From assembly GCF_018977255.1 (NCBI RefSeq), contig NW_024704742.1:125242001-125306000 (forward strand): a stretch of 64,000 nucleotides of DNA, written 5' to 3'. Of this stretch, positions 25,130 to 37,639 are shown in pieces (position 1 is the stretch's first letter; the number at the start of each line of letters is the position of its first letter). The translations under genes and the position numbers were made by a program. Origin of the DNA: Callorhinchus milii. Its lineage: Eukaryota. The notes beneath the pieces are model-generated. The model searched no databases and had not been told where the DNA came from. It was given only the letters and a program-made list of their open reading frames with translations.

Positions 25130-26400
25130 AGCAATGCTTTGTATGATTAACGCATGATGCGCAGTTTACCAACATCGCAATATATATTAAATCAGGCCCC
25201 TTGACTATTACAACATACTGTGATATAAAAGGTTTGCGTGTGAGTTGGCTTAAAATTCAGACTGTGTTGGCTGATGAGAGAAATTGCAATTGAATTTGTA
25301 CTAAATGCTAAACCCTGAATATTATTCAAAAGGACCCTGCCACATGTCACGCCTTACATTGTGCTTTAGTCTCATTCAATTCCTGATTTTCGAGTCTCCT
25401 TTAGGGTTTTAAAGCGTAAAATGCACCATTTCATATTAGCACATCAAATCCATTATGAGACTTCATTTTTCATCCTAAATTTTAAAATGGCACACAAATT
25501 GCCACAATATCAAGGGCGGGTGTTATGATGAATGTAGCAAAGATGATAGCCAAAAAGCACCAGCAAAACAGGACATATGGAGCTAGCTGTGTGTCCCAGC
25601 TAATTACACACATTATCTCATTTGCCATTGTTAGGGACTGTTGTGCCATCTCCCATTTATTTAATTATGCTTTTTACATATTGGCAGAGAGTGCTTGCTA
25701 GGATCCACATGGGGTTTTTTACAAGAATAAAAAGCTTTCCCTCTTCTGTAGTGCAGAGCAATTTGTCAAGTAATTAGGCTGTCTAATTAAATTTTTGTAG
25801 CAGTAATCAAACGAATATGCTTAAACTTTCTTATGCTGCCAGTTTGCTGTCTGTCTGTGTTTTATTTGAGGGTTTAAAAAAGGTTCCAACGCTGCCTCTC
25901 TCTCCAGTTAATCACCCTATTTTGCATTTTATATTGGTAAATCAAATTAAGCACCAGTAGCTTTTAGCATGATTAACTGCGTTCAGGGCTGTTCAGATGG
26001 GACTTTTTTAACACAGAAAATGAGAAGCATTTTAATTTGCGTATTCAGCTCTGCTCCCTACATTCAACAAACTGCATTCACTCAGCTAATTAAAAGCGTC
26101 TGTTGCATTTTTGCCAATGTTTCATAGATTTACCCAGCTGGTGCATTTGTCTTCACTTTACAATTCCTTGATGGATGTTTTTAGACACTTAAATATCATA
26201 CACTAAACCATGGAGTACTTACGTTTGATTTGGAGCCGCATTAGAAAATGGATGGACTCTTTATTTTTTTCTCCTGTTTTTTTAAGTAGCGGCCTTCAAA
26301 GATCAATTCTATGCAGAAGCAGGTGGGCATGTGAAATGGGAGACTAAAGTGCACCTTGGAAATTCAATGACAGGCTTTTTTTTGGCATATGTTATTACAA
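25130..26400. promoter_or_regulatory. Candidate conserved non-coding element/enhancer block
   Basis: About 1.3 kb without recognisable repeats or ORF, dense in TAAT/TAATTA, TGAT and TGAC motifs. Conservation cannot be verified here. Confidence 0.4.
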
Positions 26401-27301
26401 GGCGATCCAACACACCTTTGGTCATTTTCTTCCCCCTCTAATTTTCTCCACTCCTAACCTGAGGATGTTGATTCATGCTGATGTAAACTACTATGGTGCT
26501 AGTTCACCTTCTGAAACATTGTCCATGTAGCTATTTTTCATATCCAAGCCCCAATAGTAAGTGTTGTATTTAACTATCCAAACTGTGCACCATTTTGTTC
26601 TCAACACACAAACGCTTCGGGGATAAAAATCTCATTGAACATCATCACCTTTGGCAAGGTCAGACACGATTGGGATTTCCCATTACAATCACGCACCCTG
26701 CACAATTATGCTGGAACATCTCATTTGTGGCCAATACAGAAAATCACATAGGGTTACATAGAATGATACAGCACATAAACAGGCCATTCAACCAAACTAG
26801 TCAACACCACATATTTATACTCCACACACGACCCCACCCTTCCCAGTATAATTACATCCCAATATAGTTAAGCGCTCTGAAGTGCTACCCTGCATGAATG
26901 GCACTATATAAGTGCAAGTTGTTGTTGAAAGAAAAGTGGAGAAAGAGATTAGAACACATAGCTCCATTGTGTGAACTACCACTGGAATAGACATAATGGT
27001 TACTCTGTACTCAGCATAGACAGTGAACATAGCATCTTCCTGTTGTGGGAATGTTAAATACATCATTAGTTGCATTTTTGCCAATAAGTCATCAAGAAAC
27101 ATATACAAAGAAAGTCAAAGTAAATCAAATGATCTTCTTGTGATCTAAGCCCTGCTCAGGGCTGATTGTGCCAACATATTGATAACCCTTACATTTGGTA
27201 TAGCATCTTTCATGTTAAGAGGATATCCTAAAGAGCTTCACAGGATAAAGTGTAGTGACTGCGTGTTTTGTGGGCAAATGCGGCAGCCAATTAGCTACAT
27301 C

Positions 27302-27617
27302 GTGGAGTCCTGTAGCTCAGTGGTTAGAGCACTTGCCTTGCAAGCGAGATACCTGGGTTCAATTCCAGGCAGGGCAAAACCTTGGGCAAGTTTCCTTACT
27401 CCACACACCTAATAATAATTCCTCCAAAACAAAACAATAATAAATCGGTCATTAACAATCCACGACTGTTTGTGGGACGCTGCTGTGCGCAATTGGCTGC
27501 CGCGTTTCGCCAACAAATATACAGTCAATTCACTTTACAGTCTATTCTGTGAAGCGCTTTGAGATGTCGAGAAGACGTGAAAAGCGCTATATCAAATGCA
27601 AGGATTATTATTATTAT
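27302..27617 (+). mobile_element. Young tRNA-Ala SINE, short form
   Basis: Same consensus. Abuts a minus-strand old SINE tail (27180-27300). Confidence 0.95.
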
Positions 27618-27656
27618 ATATTAACTTTTTGGTACATGATTAAACTCAAATGAAGG

Positions 27657-28066
27657 TGTCAACATGGATCAGTTGACAGCTCATCTCTGGGTCAGACAGT
27701 TGTGGGTTCATGTGCCATCTCAAGACTTTGAGCTCACAGTGTAGACTGGTATTCCAATGCAGTGTTGTGGGAGAGCAGTATTAATGGAGGTGGCATCCTG
27801 TGGATGAAACATTAAAGCAAGGTCCTGGCTATCTATTCAGGTGCATGTTAAAGATCCCATGGCATTATTTCAAAAGAGGAGGGACTCTGCATGTCCTGGC
27901 CAACAATGTTCCAGGTACTTTGGTAACTCACTTCATGGCTAGGTGTATGGCGTTACTGTTCGCAAACTTTCCTACCTATCAGTCACTACACGTCAAAACA
28001 ACTCATTGTGTAATGTGCTTTGAGACAGTTCAAGGTGGTAATGTACCATGTTTAATGCAAGTATTC
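27657..28066 (+). mobile_element. DeuSINE-like SINE
   Basis: Head, TTAAAGATCCCATGGCA body and tail present. Confidence 0.8.
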
Positions 28067-30622
28067 ATTTTTACATTTCATTGCATGAAACACAGTTATT
28101 ATCTCCTGACATGCAAATCATCTAACATTTGAGCATGGTAACAAATGCAACCAAAAAAGAATTTCAAATAAAAGATAAGAATGATATAAAAAAGAAATGT
28201 GCTGAAATATTAATTAATCATATTTCTGTTGTTTGAAATGCATACAGGGCATCAGTTAATTTGGCAAAAAATGAATGATAAAAGTCCATTCAAGGTTGAA
28301 ATCATATATTAAATGGAAATAATGGGTAAAATACCTTAAATCATTCTCAAACTTGAAAGGTGCTTTCTACACTGTAAATGCACGTTTCTGTTGTTTGGGT
28401 TCACTGCACTCTAGAAGATACACATTTTTACCCTTTTTTATAGGGATTTGTTATATGAAACCCCACTTTAAACTTTGACTCTGAACTCACATAGTCTGTT
28501 GTCAAAGAAAAGAATAAAGAGTTTCTTTCAGTGTTGTGACAAACATTCCCCTCCAAAATTGGTCATTCCTGCCACGGAGGCTTGTGGAACATTGCTATGT
28601 GCAAATTATCTACTGCATTCATCTACAAATAAACACTTTACAATGTATCCTATGAAGCACTTGGAGACTTCCTTCTGGTGTGAAAGATGTTATAACAACA
28701 ACAACATTGCATTCGTATAGAGCCTTTCACGTCGAGAGGATGTCCCAAGGTCCTGGAATATATATCTAAATGCAAAATTATTATTATTTTACAATAACAG
28801 AAGGCAAAGTATTATCAGAGGCACTGTTTTTCAGACATGACCTTAGGCTAAGTTTCTCATTCAAAGAATATTGTCAATTATTTGGGATGACCTAAAAAGA
28901 AACTTTTCCAAGTGTCCTAGTCAATAGTCCTCACAATAAATTGGTCATTCTCCTCCTGGCTCTTTGTGGTACCTTACTGGAACAAACTCATACCACAGTC
29001 ACTGTGCTTGATGCATATGATTCCAATGAAGTATTTTTTTCATGTGATAAGGTACTATAAAATAATTTATAACAAGTTTTTTTATGGTTTTAATTTAGGT
29101 TCATTCTTCCATCAATAAATTGCAAATAAACAGATTGAATTGAAATTACTGACATTTTCATATTATTCCCATTTTGTTTCTCCTTTTTATGCCTTTCATG
29201 TTTCAATCATGGCTGGAAAAATCGGGATGAATGAGGGCCTGGACAGCATTCTGTAATCCCATCATTAATGGCACTCAATTAGAAAACTGTAACTCTTGGC
29301 AAGAGAGCAGCAGAAGGTCAAGTGTTGAGGACTGGATCGCAATGGTGCAGGATACACATGCATCACTGGCAAAAGACAAGTGCATGCTAATCCTTACTAA
29401 TCCTAAAACATTATTCCATAGCTTTTTACAATAAATGCAAAATATCTCACTTTAGATTGTTGTGGCTTTATCCTACTCAAAACTGCACCACTTTGAAATT
29501 GGTTTCATTTCATATCAGATATTGATAATCTGTTTAAACTAATGAGTGGTTCTGAAGTTTTTTGGTAGATATATTAACTATGTCAGCATTCTAAAGCAAA
29601 AGCATACAATTGCCACTCACACATAGTCGAGTTTGGACTGTGAAACTGTCACACTGGATAGATACAAACATATTTATTGTCATTAGAAAGGTTGGAAATA
29701 TCAGAGAGGGCTTTGGAAAACCGTGAGATGAAAGCAGCTCAACACACAACAACAAAATTACATTTATAGAGCGCCTTTCACATTGGGAGGATGTCGTACC
29801 CTCTACAGAATATGTCCAAAGCTGCCGTTTTCAAATTGGTAAAGTATTGATTTCTGCGATGCTTGCAATGTTCTCTAATCCGTTGTTGTAATTACAGTTA
29901 TTTTGTTCCTGTAAAATAAGCATTTTGTATTTTTGAGTGATTTTTTGTACTCTTCAAGGTGAGGAATGTGAAAGAGACATTTCTGCCAGTTGAGCTTCAG
30001 GGTTGTTGGTATTGAGCATTAGCAATAGTAGGATACTGTGAGTCAATGTTAAAATTGATTCTAAAATCCTACTCCAAACCGAAAGGCTCTGAACACATGT
30101 AGCACCAACAAGCATAAAAGGTCAATTAAGCCTGATGACTCCGTTCTGGTTTCAATTAAGGGCAGGCATGTCTAATATTCCACCCAAGACAGTGCACGTG
30201 CAACACCATTTTTTTAATGACAATTGGCCCTTAGCCTTATTGACAGAATTATTTATTACCAGGTTTTTGGAAAGAGGCCTGATACTGTTTGAAGCCGTTT
30301 CCTTGTTTTCTGCAAGACAGTGTCAACATAGACAATGGGAGCAACAGCCCTGCTTGGTTTATTTATTCAGTGTGTGGGGGGGCAAGGGGGTGCGGGGAGC
30401 AGAGGAGATTGCAATGGAAGATAATTTGTGATACTTCTTAAAATAATTCCATAATAATCGATCCATCCATTGGATAAGACATTAAAATAAGATCCCATCT
30501 GTGTGTTCAGGTGAACATTAAAGAACCCATACTGGTATAGGAAAAGAGAAGGCAGTTTCTCCTGGTGTTCTGGCCAACAATACCCAGATAAAATTGGTTG
30601 TTCACTTCATGGCTGTTTGTGA

Positions 30623-30884
30623 TCCCCCAGGCTCTGGAACTCCATCCCCCAGTGCCTTTGCCTTGCTTCCTCCCTTTCCTCCTTCAAGGCCGGTCTGAAG
30701 ACTTTTCTCTTTGACCGTGCCTTCAGCTCCCCTCTTGACTCCCCCCTCCTCGCTCCCTCCCTTCCCTCCCTCACCTTGACCATTTCCCCGCTGCTCGGGT
30801 CCCGACCCAACTGTCCAGCGCCTTGGGAAGTCCTCCCGACGTGAAAGGCGCACTATAAATGCAATCTTGTTGTTGTTGTTGGTG
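30623..30884 (+). mobile_element. Young L2 3' end inserted in a DeuSINE-like copy (host about 30465-31020)
   Basis: Nearly identical to the 20837 copy. TTGTGA occurs on both sides (probable TSD). Confidence 0.88.
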
Positions 30885-31049
30885 TTGTGAGCCATTGCTT
30901 TGTGGAAATTGCTTGCTGCATTTGTCTAGAAATATAGTCACTACACATCTCAGTAAAATACTGTGAAGTACTTTAAGACATTTTGACAATGTCAAATCAA
31001 ATGCAAGGATTATTATTATTTGAGTCATGCAAATAGAGACTCCTCTCAA

Positions 31050-31637
31050 GTGTTACAACCACTCATCCATGCATTCGTCACCTCAAGGTTCAACTATGGA
31101 AACTCCCTTCTTGTTGGCCTCCCCAACTCTTCCCTCCACAAGCTGCAGATATTCCATAACTCTGCAGCTCGTGTCCTATCCCACACGAGGCTCCATGATC
31201 ACATCACCCCCACCCTCGCCCGGCTCCACTGGCTCCTCAGAAGATGGAATTCAAAATCTTCGTCCTCACTTGCAAGGCCCTCCACGGTCTTGCCCCCTCC
31301 TACATCTCTGACCTGCTAAACCCCTATCAACCTGTCTGCTCCCTCCATTCAGCAGGCTCCAGCCTGCTGCAGGTCTCCCACCCAACCATCAGCGGATGGT
31401 CTTTCAGCCTCTCTGCCCCTACCCTTTGAAACTCCATCCCGCAGTCCCTTCACCTTGCTCCCTCCCTTGCCTCCTTCAAGGCATGACTTAAGCTTTCTTT
31501 TTCGACCATGCCTTCAGCTGCCCTCCTTCATCCCAACCCTGCCCCCCCCATGCTCGGGTCCTGATCCCCGATTGTTCAGCGCCTTGGGACGTCCTCATGA
31601 TGTGAAAGGCGCTTTACAAATGTAATTTTGTTATTGT
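31050..31637 (+). mobile_element. L2 LINE 3' fragment
   Basis: LIHAFVTSRFNYGNSLLVGLP...HITPTLARLHWL, followed by the tail. Confidence 0.9.
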
Positions 31638-33039
31638 AAAGTAGTGATAGGGAAGGGAATAAAAGTGCATGGTAGGGAGCAATAGAATTGTGTGGGAGGA
31701 AATTAGGAATGGGTGGAGACTTATGTGGAATATAAACAACGGCACAGACTTGTTGAGCCAAGTAGCCTATTTTCGTGCTATACATTCTTTGTACATCTTT
31801 GTAAAAATGCTGGAAGGAGTTCCTGCAAATTGACAAGGATTCTAAAGGGATTTCTCATTGAAATATTCTGTTCAGATATACTGCAAATGACAACAAGAAT
31901 GGCTTGCAATTATAAAATGCCCTTCACACAGGTTGGTGTCTCTGGCACTGAATTTGACCACTTAGAGAATCCATTGATGGAATGAGTCGGAACTACCATG
32001 ATCTGTCGGAGTTTTTATCCATGCGCTTGCCAACAATCCTCCAGATAATTTGATCAGTCGCTGAGTAGCAATTTGTGGGACCTTACTACAACAGTTGCCT
32101 ACAAATTGTCACCAAACTTAATCACATGTAAATTTTGAGAAATCTTCACATAATCAGGTGCTCTAAAAGTGCCAGTGCTTTCTTACTATCATGTTAAGAT
32201 CCCCCCCACCCACCCCCACCATCACTCCATTATGCTACAATAATGCATGGTTTTACATTGCAGTGGAAAGTTCACAGAATACTTCCCATTTTCCTATGCA
32301 TCCCATTCGATGTCTTTCCCTCAATCCCTCTGCCTGGCTCCCTCCCTCCCCATTTTCAAATTCCAACTAAAGACCTTCTTTTTTGATCGTGCTTACTACA
32401 GTCACTTCCCCCTAACTTTGCCCTTCTTTGCTCCAAGATGCTACCCCATGTGAAGGGTTCTAAATAAATGCAAGTTGTTGTATCTGAAGCCTCAGTTTTA
32501 CTTTGGGGCACAAGGCGTTATTAGGGGGCTTATTTTCAGCAGGTCATGGAAACTCAGCAAACTCAGTGGGGAGCAGTTATCATAACAAAACAACCCTTTT
32601 ACTGCAGGAAGATGGTGTTTGAACGCATAATTACCTGTTTCGCTTTTTCTTCTATTAACCATCCTCATTTGAAGGTACAGTAGTTACTCACGCTGCAAAG
32701 GTGAGCAGCAGCCATCTGGTTTATTGCCTAACTTGCCATACTTCATGTGACCCAAACAGTGAGAAATGAAAGACAGGGCAATGCAGCTGAGCCCAATCCT
32801 CTTCTCACTGAATAGCCACACAAACATACTTTGATCACTAGTAGTAATCAAGAGCAGAGATCCTGGGTGATCTTTCTTCACCTGCATAGTCCAGTGACAC
32901 TGAACTCAAGCAACAAGGACCAGAGATAAAACTCAAGACCTTTTTTAGTTCTTTTTTCAATTAACCCTCTAACTAAAAAAGGTTTAAGGTTTTGTCCATA
33001 GCATAACTAGAGAACATTGGTTTAGCTTTGCAATGAGCA

Positions 33040-33252
33040 ATTTCAGGACAGATACCAGGTAGATTTTTCCTTACCCAATTATTGACTGGAACAGGTTAAC
33101 AAGAAGTGTAATTGAGGTCAGGACACTGAAAAATGCATACAAATTAATTTAATGTTTTTTAAAAAAACAGGTTGACACTGTGCTAGTGGGTATTCTGGAG
33201 TGCTGAGATCAAATGGGCTGAAGGGCTTCCTACACCAGAATCAATGTTATGA
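33040..33252 (+). mobile_element. CR1 3' end remnant. Similar short remnants at about 2706-2790(-), 26755-26800(-), 46720-46880(+), 47540-47730(+), 61270-61319(+)
   Basis: FxQR/WN-type C-terminal remnants, GGGCTGAAxGG 3' UTR motif and (TTCTATGA)n tails. Confidence 0.55.
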
Positions 33253-33597
33253 ATTAAGGGTATAGGGAATGACAAGCAAGGCGATGTGCTGGAAGGAACA
33301 TAATCCAAAATGTAGAGAATTGGCGAATGGTAGATCATTTGATCTGAGATTTCTTTTCAGACCCAATTTTGTACCTTCTAAGGATTGTCAGTTTCCCAGT
33401 AGTACAGTACAAGCAAACTCCACTACCGTGGGAAGCTGAAATAATGACTGTCAACAGTGACTGGGACACAGATAAACTAATGCTCTGTAGATTGATGGAT
33501 TATTATTATTACATGGAAGAGTTACATTTGGGTGGTTTAAAACCAGCCAAACCAACAAAGTGTGATTGCAACTTTGAAAGCATTCTTGCATTTCAGA

Positions 33598-34016
33598 CTA
33601 GCTCAGTTGATAGCACTCTCACCTCTGAGTCAGAAGGTTGTGGATTCGAGCCCCATGTTGAGACTTTGAACTCATACAGTCCTTACTGACACTCCATTGC
33701 AGTGCCAGGGGTTATTGCATTGTTGGAGGTGCCATACATTGGATGAAATGTTAAACTAAAGTTCCGTCTGCTTGTTCATGTAGACTTTAAAGAACTTGTA
33801 GCACTATTCAAAAAGAGAAAGGAGTTTCAGGCAAACAATCTCTCAAATAAAATTATTATCTTCCTGGCTGTTTCTGGGGATGTTGCTTGTGCGCAAGTTG
33901 GCTCTCGCTTTCTCCTACAAAATACGTAGTCACTACACTTTACCATATATCTTGTGAAGCTCTTTGAGATGTGCTCCTGATGTGAAAGGCGCGATATCAA
34001 ATGCGAGAATTATTAT
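33598..34016 (+). mobile_element. DeuSINE-like SINE
   Basis: Head, body and tail present. Confidence 0.82.
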
Positions 34017-34199
34017 ATCTGCTATGCTTTATTAATCTATATCGGGGAATCTGAGAGTGATTGTTTCCTCTTTTGCTAGGGGAGGCGGGGTTTCAGGTGG
34101 AGCAGAGCCTGCATTGCAGTTACATGGAGTTGATGGTTGGTGACATCCACACTAAAGGTTCTGTGATTTTAAGGTAATCACTGAATGTGTTTCAAGTGA

Positions 34200-35300
34200 T
34201 AATCCACAGTTTATCACCGAGAAGACACAGACATTGCGTATCATAACTCTGTACTGTGCAACTATATTTCAAACAAATAAACTTAATCTTCCTTTTAAAA
34301 AAAGCATGCAAATTCATATCGCCCATAAAATGACATGCACATTTCGTCAAAATTCTGCAAAGACAGCATCCAGTGTTCAGCATTAATGACTGAGCAGCTT
34401 TTACGGACTGGGCTGGTAATACGCAGTTATTCCCATGGATGTGACAATCTTCTTAATAACTGCTTTTAAGATCATTACAGCTAAGATGTGAAATTCACAA
34501 TGGACAGCATTCCCTGCATACTGACAGCCAGCACTACAGCAACTCAAGGTTAAAAAATAGAAGAAGGAAAAGGGTTTGTCATAAATTCATAATCGATTGC
34601 AGTTAACCACTCTGTGACAACACACACGAAAAAAGGAATTTTATAGATCCTTGGAAAAAAATCTGCCATTGGCTGTCACATCTGATACTGTTAATTTTAA
34701 AACAAAGATTCTCTGCAAGATAATAAATAGCATTTAAATGTATCATACAGAGTAGAAAAGCCATTCTAGTTGTCACACAATTATAGTTGCTCATGGATAT
34801 TTCAATCTTAATGTTTTAAACTGCTTGAACGCTATCATTAGCACTGAGATAACTAATGCCAGGGTTTCAACTAAGCCACGATTTGCCTGGTTTCCATTAA
34901 AACAGAATGCAATAGTCCAGGAATTAATTCTGAAGCTATTAAGTAAAGCAAGAATGACTCCTGTATATTTTATTTCAGTACCATCCGGTGAAAGGAATTT
35001 CTCTGCATTATATTCATTAGAGCTATTTCTTTGCATTTGTTTTGTCTCGTATGAAATATAATTATTTCACTTGGTGGAAAGGGTATTTTTTCTTTTGATT
35101 CATGCATAAATCATTAATTCTTTATGTAGTGAGAAAGGCTTTCAACACTAAGCGACTGAGGGTGTTACAAATCTCATGTAAGTAAAGGAACTCTTGCTGA
35201 GTGGGATATATGGGCGATTTTAAGCTCTAATATAAAATGCTTTGAATTGTCAATTCACTGACAGAGGATTTCATCGCAAGCCCAACAGAATTATGTTGTC
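34200..35300. promoter_or_regulatory. Candidate CNE block
   Basis: No recognisable repeats; rich in homeodomain- and TALE-like motifs. Confidence 0.38.
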
Positions 35301-35475
35301 TTAGTTTTGAAACATAATATTGCACGTCACAAAAATATAACCTGTTTCTACAAAAGTGTTGTTATTTTTGAAGAGAGTTCCTTTAATTGCCTTTAAAAAC
35401 TTATTATGTAATGTGCCTGTATGGAATGCAACATAAAGGTGTGGTTGGCAGAAAATCATGGAAATTGCACCTTTG

Positions 35476-36473
35476 GTATTAGGACCACTGCTCTTCTTAA
35501 TATACATAAATGATCCGGACTTGGGTATAGCAGCACCATTTCCAAGTTTGCGGACGACACAAAGTTAGGTAGGGTGTTAAACAGTGAGAAGGATAGTAGC
35601 CAACTGCAGGAAGACATAGACAGAATGGTAAAATGGGCAAACACATGGCAGATGAGTTTCAATGTGGAGAAATGCGAGGTAATGCATTTTGGTAGAAAGA
35701 ATGAGGGAAGGCAATATAGGCTGGTAATACAATCTTAAGAGGAGGGTAAAAGAACAGAGAGACCTGGGGGTGCAGGTAAATGAATCGTTGAAGGTGGCAG
35801 GACAGGTAGATAAAGCTGTAAAAAGGGCATATGGGATACTAGGCTTTATAAATAGGGGCATAGAGTACAAGAGTCAGGAGGTTGTGATTAACCTACATAA
35901 AACACTTGTTAGGCCTCAGTTGGAATACTGCACCCAGTTCTGGGCACCACACTATAGGAAGGATGTTAAGGTATTGGAAAGGGTGCAGAGGAGATTTACG
36001 AGGATGGTACCAGGAATGAGAGACCTTGATTATGAGGAAAGGCTAGAGAGGTTAGGATTATTCTCATTGGAGCAGAGAAGGTTACGAGAAGACCTAATAA
36101 AGGTCTTCAAAATCATGAGGGGATTTGATAGGTTAGAAAGGGAAAAACCGTTTCCACTGGTGGGTGTGTCGGTGACTCGAGGTCATAGATTCAAAATAGT
36201 CTCCAAAAGAAGCAGAGAGGAGGTGAGAAGAAATGTTTTCACGCAGCGAGTTGTTCGAATCTGGAACGCATTGCCTGAAAGGGTGGTCGAGGCCGATTCG
36301 ATAACTACTTTTAAAAACGCAGTGGACGGGTATTTGAGGAGGGTGGGTTTGCAGGGTTATGGGGAAAAGGCTGGGGAGTGGGATTCACATTAATTGCTCT
36401 AATCAAAGAGCCGGCACAAACTCGATGGGCTGAATGGTCTCTTTTTGTGCTGTATGATTCTATGATTCTATGA
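35476..36473 (+). mobile_element. CR1 LINE, 5'-truncated (RT C-terminus + 3' UTR)
   Basis: GPLLFLIYIND, KFADDTKLG, then the 207-aa ORF (LVRPQLEYCTQFWAPHY...FTQRVVRIWNALP). Ends in the CR1-type repeat TATGATTC-TATGATTC-TATGA. Frameshifted. Confidence 0.95.
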
Positions 36474-37275
36474 AGAAAACCATTAAGCCAATGCTAGCAC
36501 TAATTTCTCCACTGGATCTATATAGCCTTATACCGTATTAATTTGCTGTGTTTTACCTGTAACCTTTAATGACAGGCTGAAAATAAGCACCTGATGTGTT
36601 AAAGCAACATTTATTTGAAAAATGCATCCAGTCAATATCTCAGTTTATCAACTGGTATATGGGTGTGACCCACCATTCCCCTTCCCCTTGATTCAGACTC
36701 GCTAGCTAGGATAGAAGATGCCTGTCCTTCCCCTTGGAGTTCCTGTTAATTCGATACAAGCTTAACTCAACAATAATCAAGCCAATATCCTGAAGACTAA
36801 TAGTACTGTACAATGCTAGGCTCCATGACTAGCTTCACAACCCAACTATTGTGACATGAATCCAGCCCTGACTCATTAGAATACTTCAGCAACTGACATA
36901 TTTTTGGACTGGCATAATGGAGGTGATGTATTTCCAGAAACAGAAAGATCAGACTCTGATTTCTTAAAATAAGTTAAGAAGTTTCATTAAGGAATGCTGC
37001 TAAATTGCCCCCTGTAAATTCTACTCATCTAAGCTTTGACAAGACATATTACACTACAATTTACATCTATATAAACACCTGTCACATAGGGAAGGCATCT
37101 CAATGCTGGCTGGGCACCTGAGCTGGGGGTAGGAGCCGAAGAGGGTGGGGAGTGGAAAAATGGTGGAAAATGTGGTCAAAATATTATCATTCGCCTACAA
37201 ATGCACAGGCAGTGCACTTTACAGAAAATAACTCTGTACAACACTTTTTTGATCTGATTAAGGTGCTAAGGTGCT

Positions 37276-37609
37276 GTGGAGTCCTGTAGCTCAGTGGTTA
37301 GAGCACTTGCTTTGCAAGCAAGACACCTGGGTTCAATTCCAGGCAGGGCGAAACCTTGGGCAAGTTTCCTTACTCCACACGCCTAATAATAATCCCTCCA
37401 AAAAACCCAAAACAATAATAAATTGGTCATTTTCAATCTACGACTGTTTGTGGGACATTGCTGTGCGCAATTGGCTGCCGCGTTCGCCCACAAATATACA
37501 GTCAATTCACTTTACAGTATATTCTGTGAAGCGCTTTGGGACGTCCTCCCGACGTGAAAAGCGCTATATCAAATGCAAGGATTATTATTATTATTATTAT
37601 TATTATTAT
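37276..37609 (+). mobile_element. Young tRNA-Ala-derived SINE, short form, full length
   Basis: A box TAGCTCAGTGG, B box GGTTCAATTCC, TGC anticodon loop, Deu-like 3' half, L2-type stem-loop and (ATT)n tail. Confidence 0.95.
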
Positions 37610-37639
37610 GTCAAATGCAAGGATTATTTATCATCATGT

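Noticed and set aside
35770..36393. 207-aa ORF as a host gene
   Set aside because: CR1 ORF2 C-terminus inside a truncated, frameshifted LINE.
37278..37352. tRNA-Ala(TGC) gene with a near-complete cloverleaf
   Set aside because: It is the head of a multi-copy SINE, followed by SINE body and tail. The T-arm is imperfect and the acceptor stem lacks the G3:U70 Ala identity pair.
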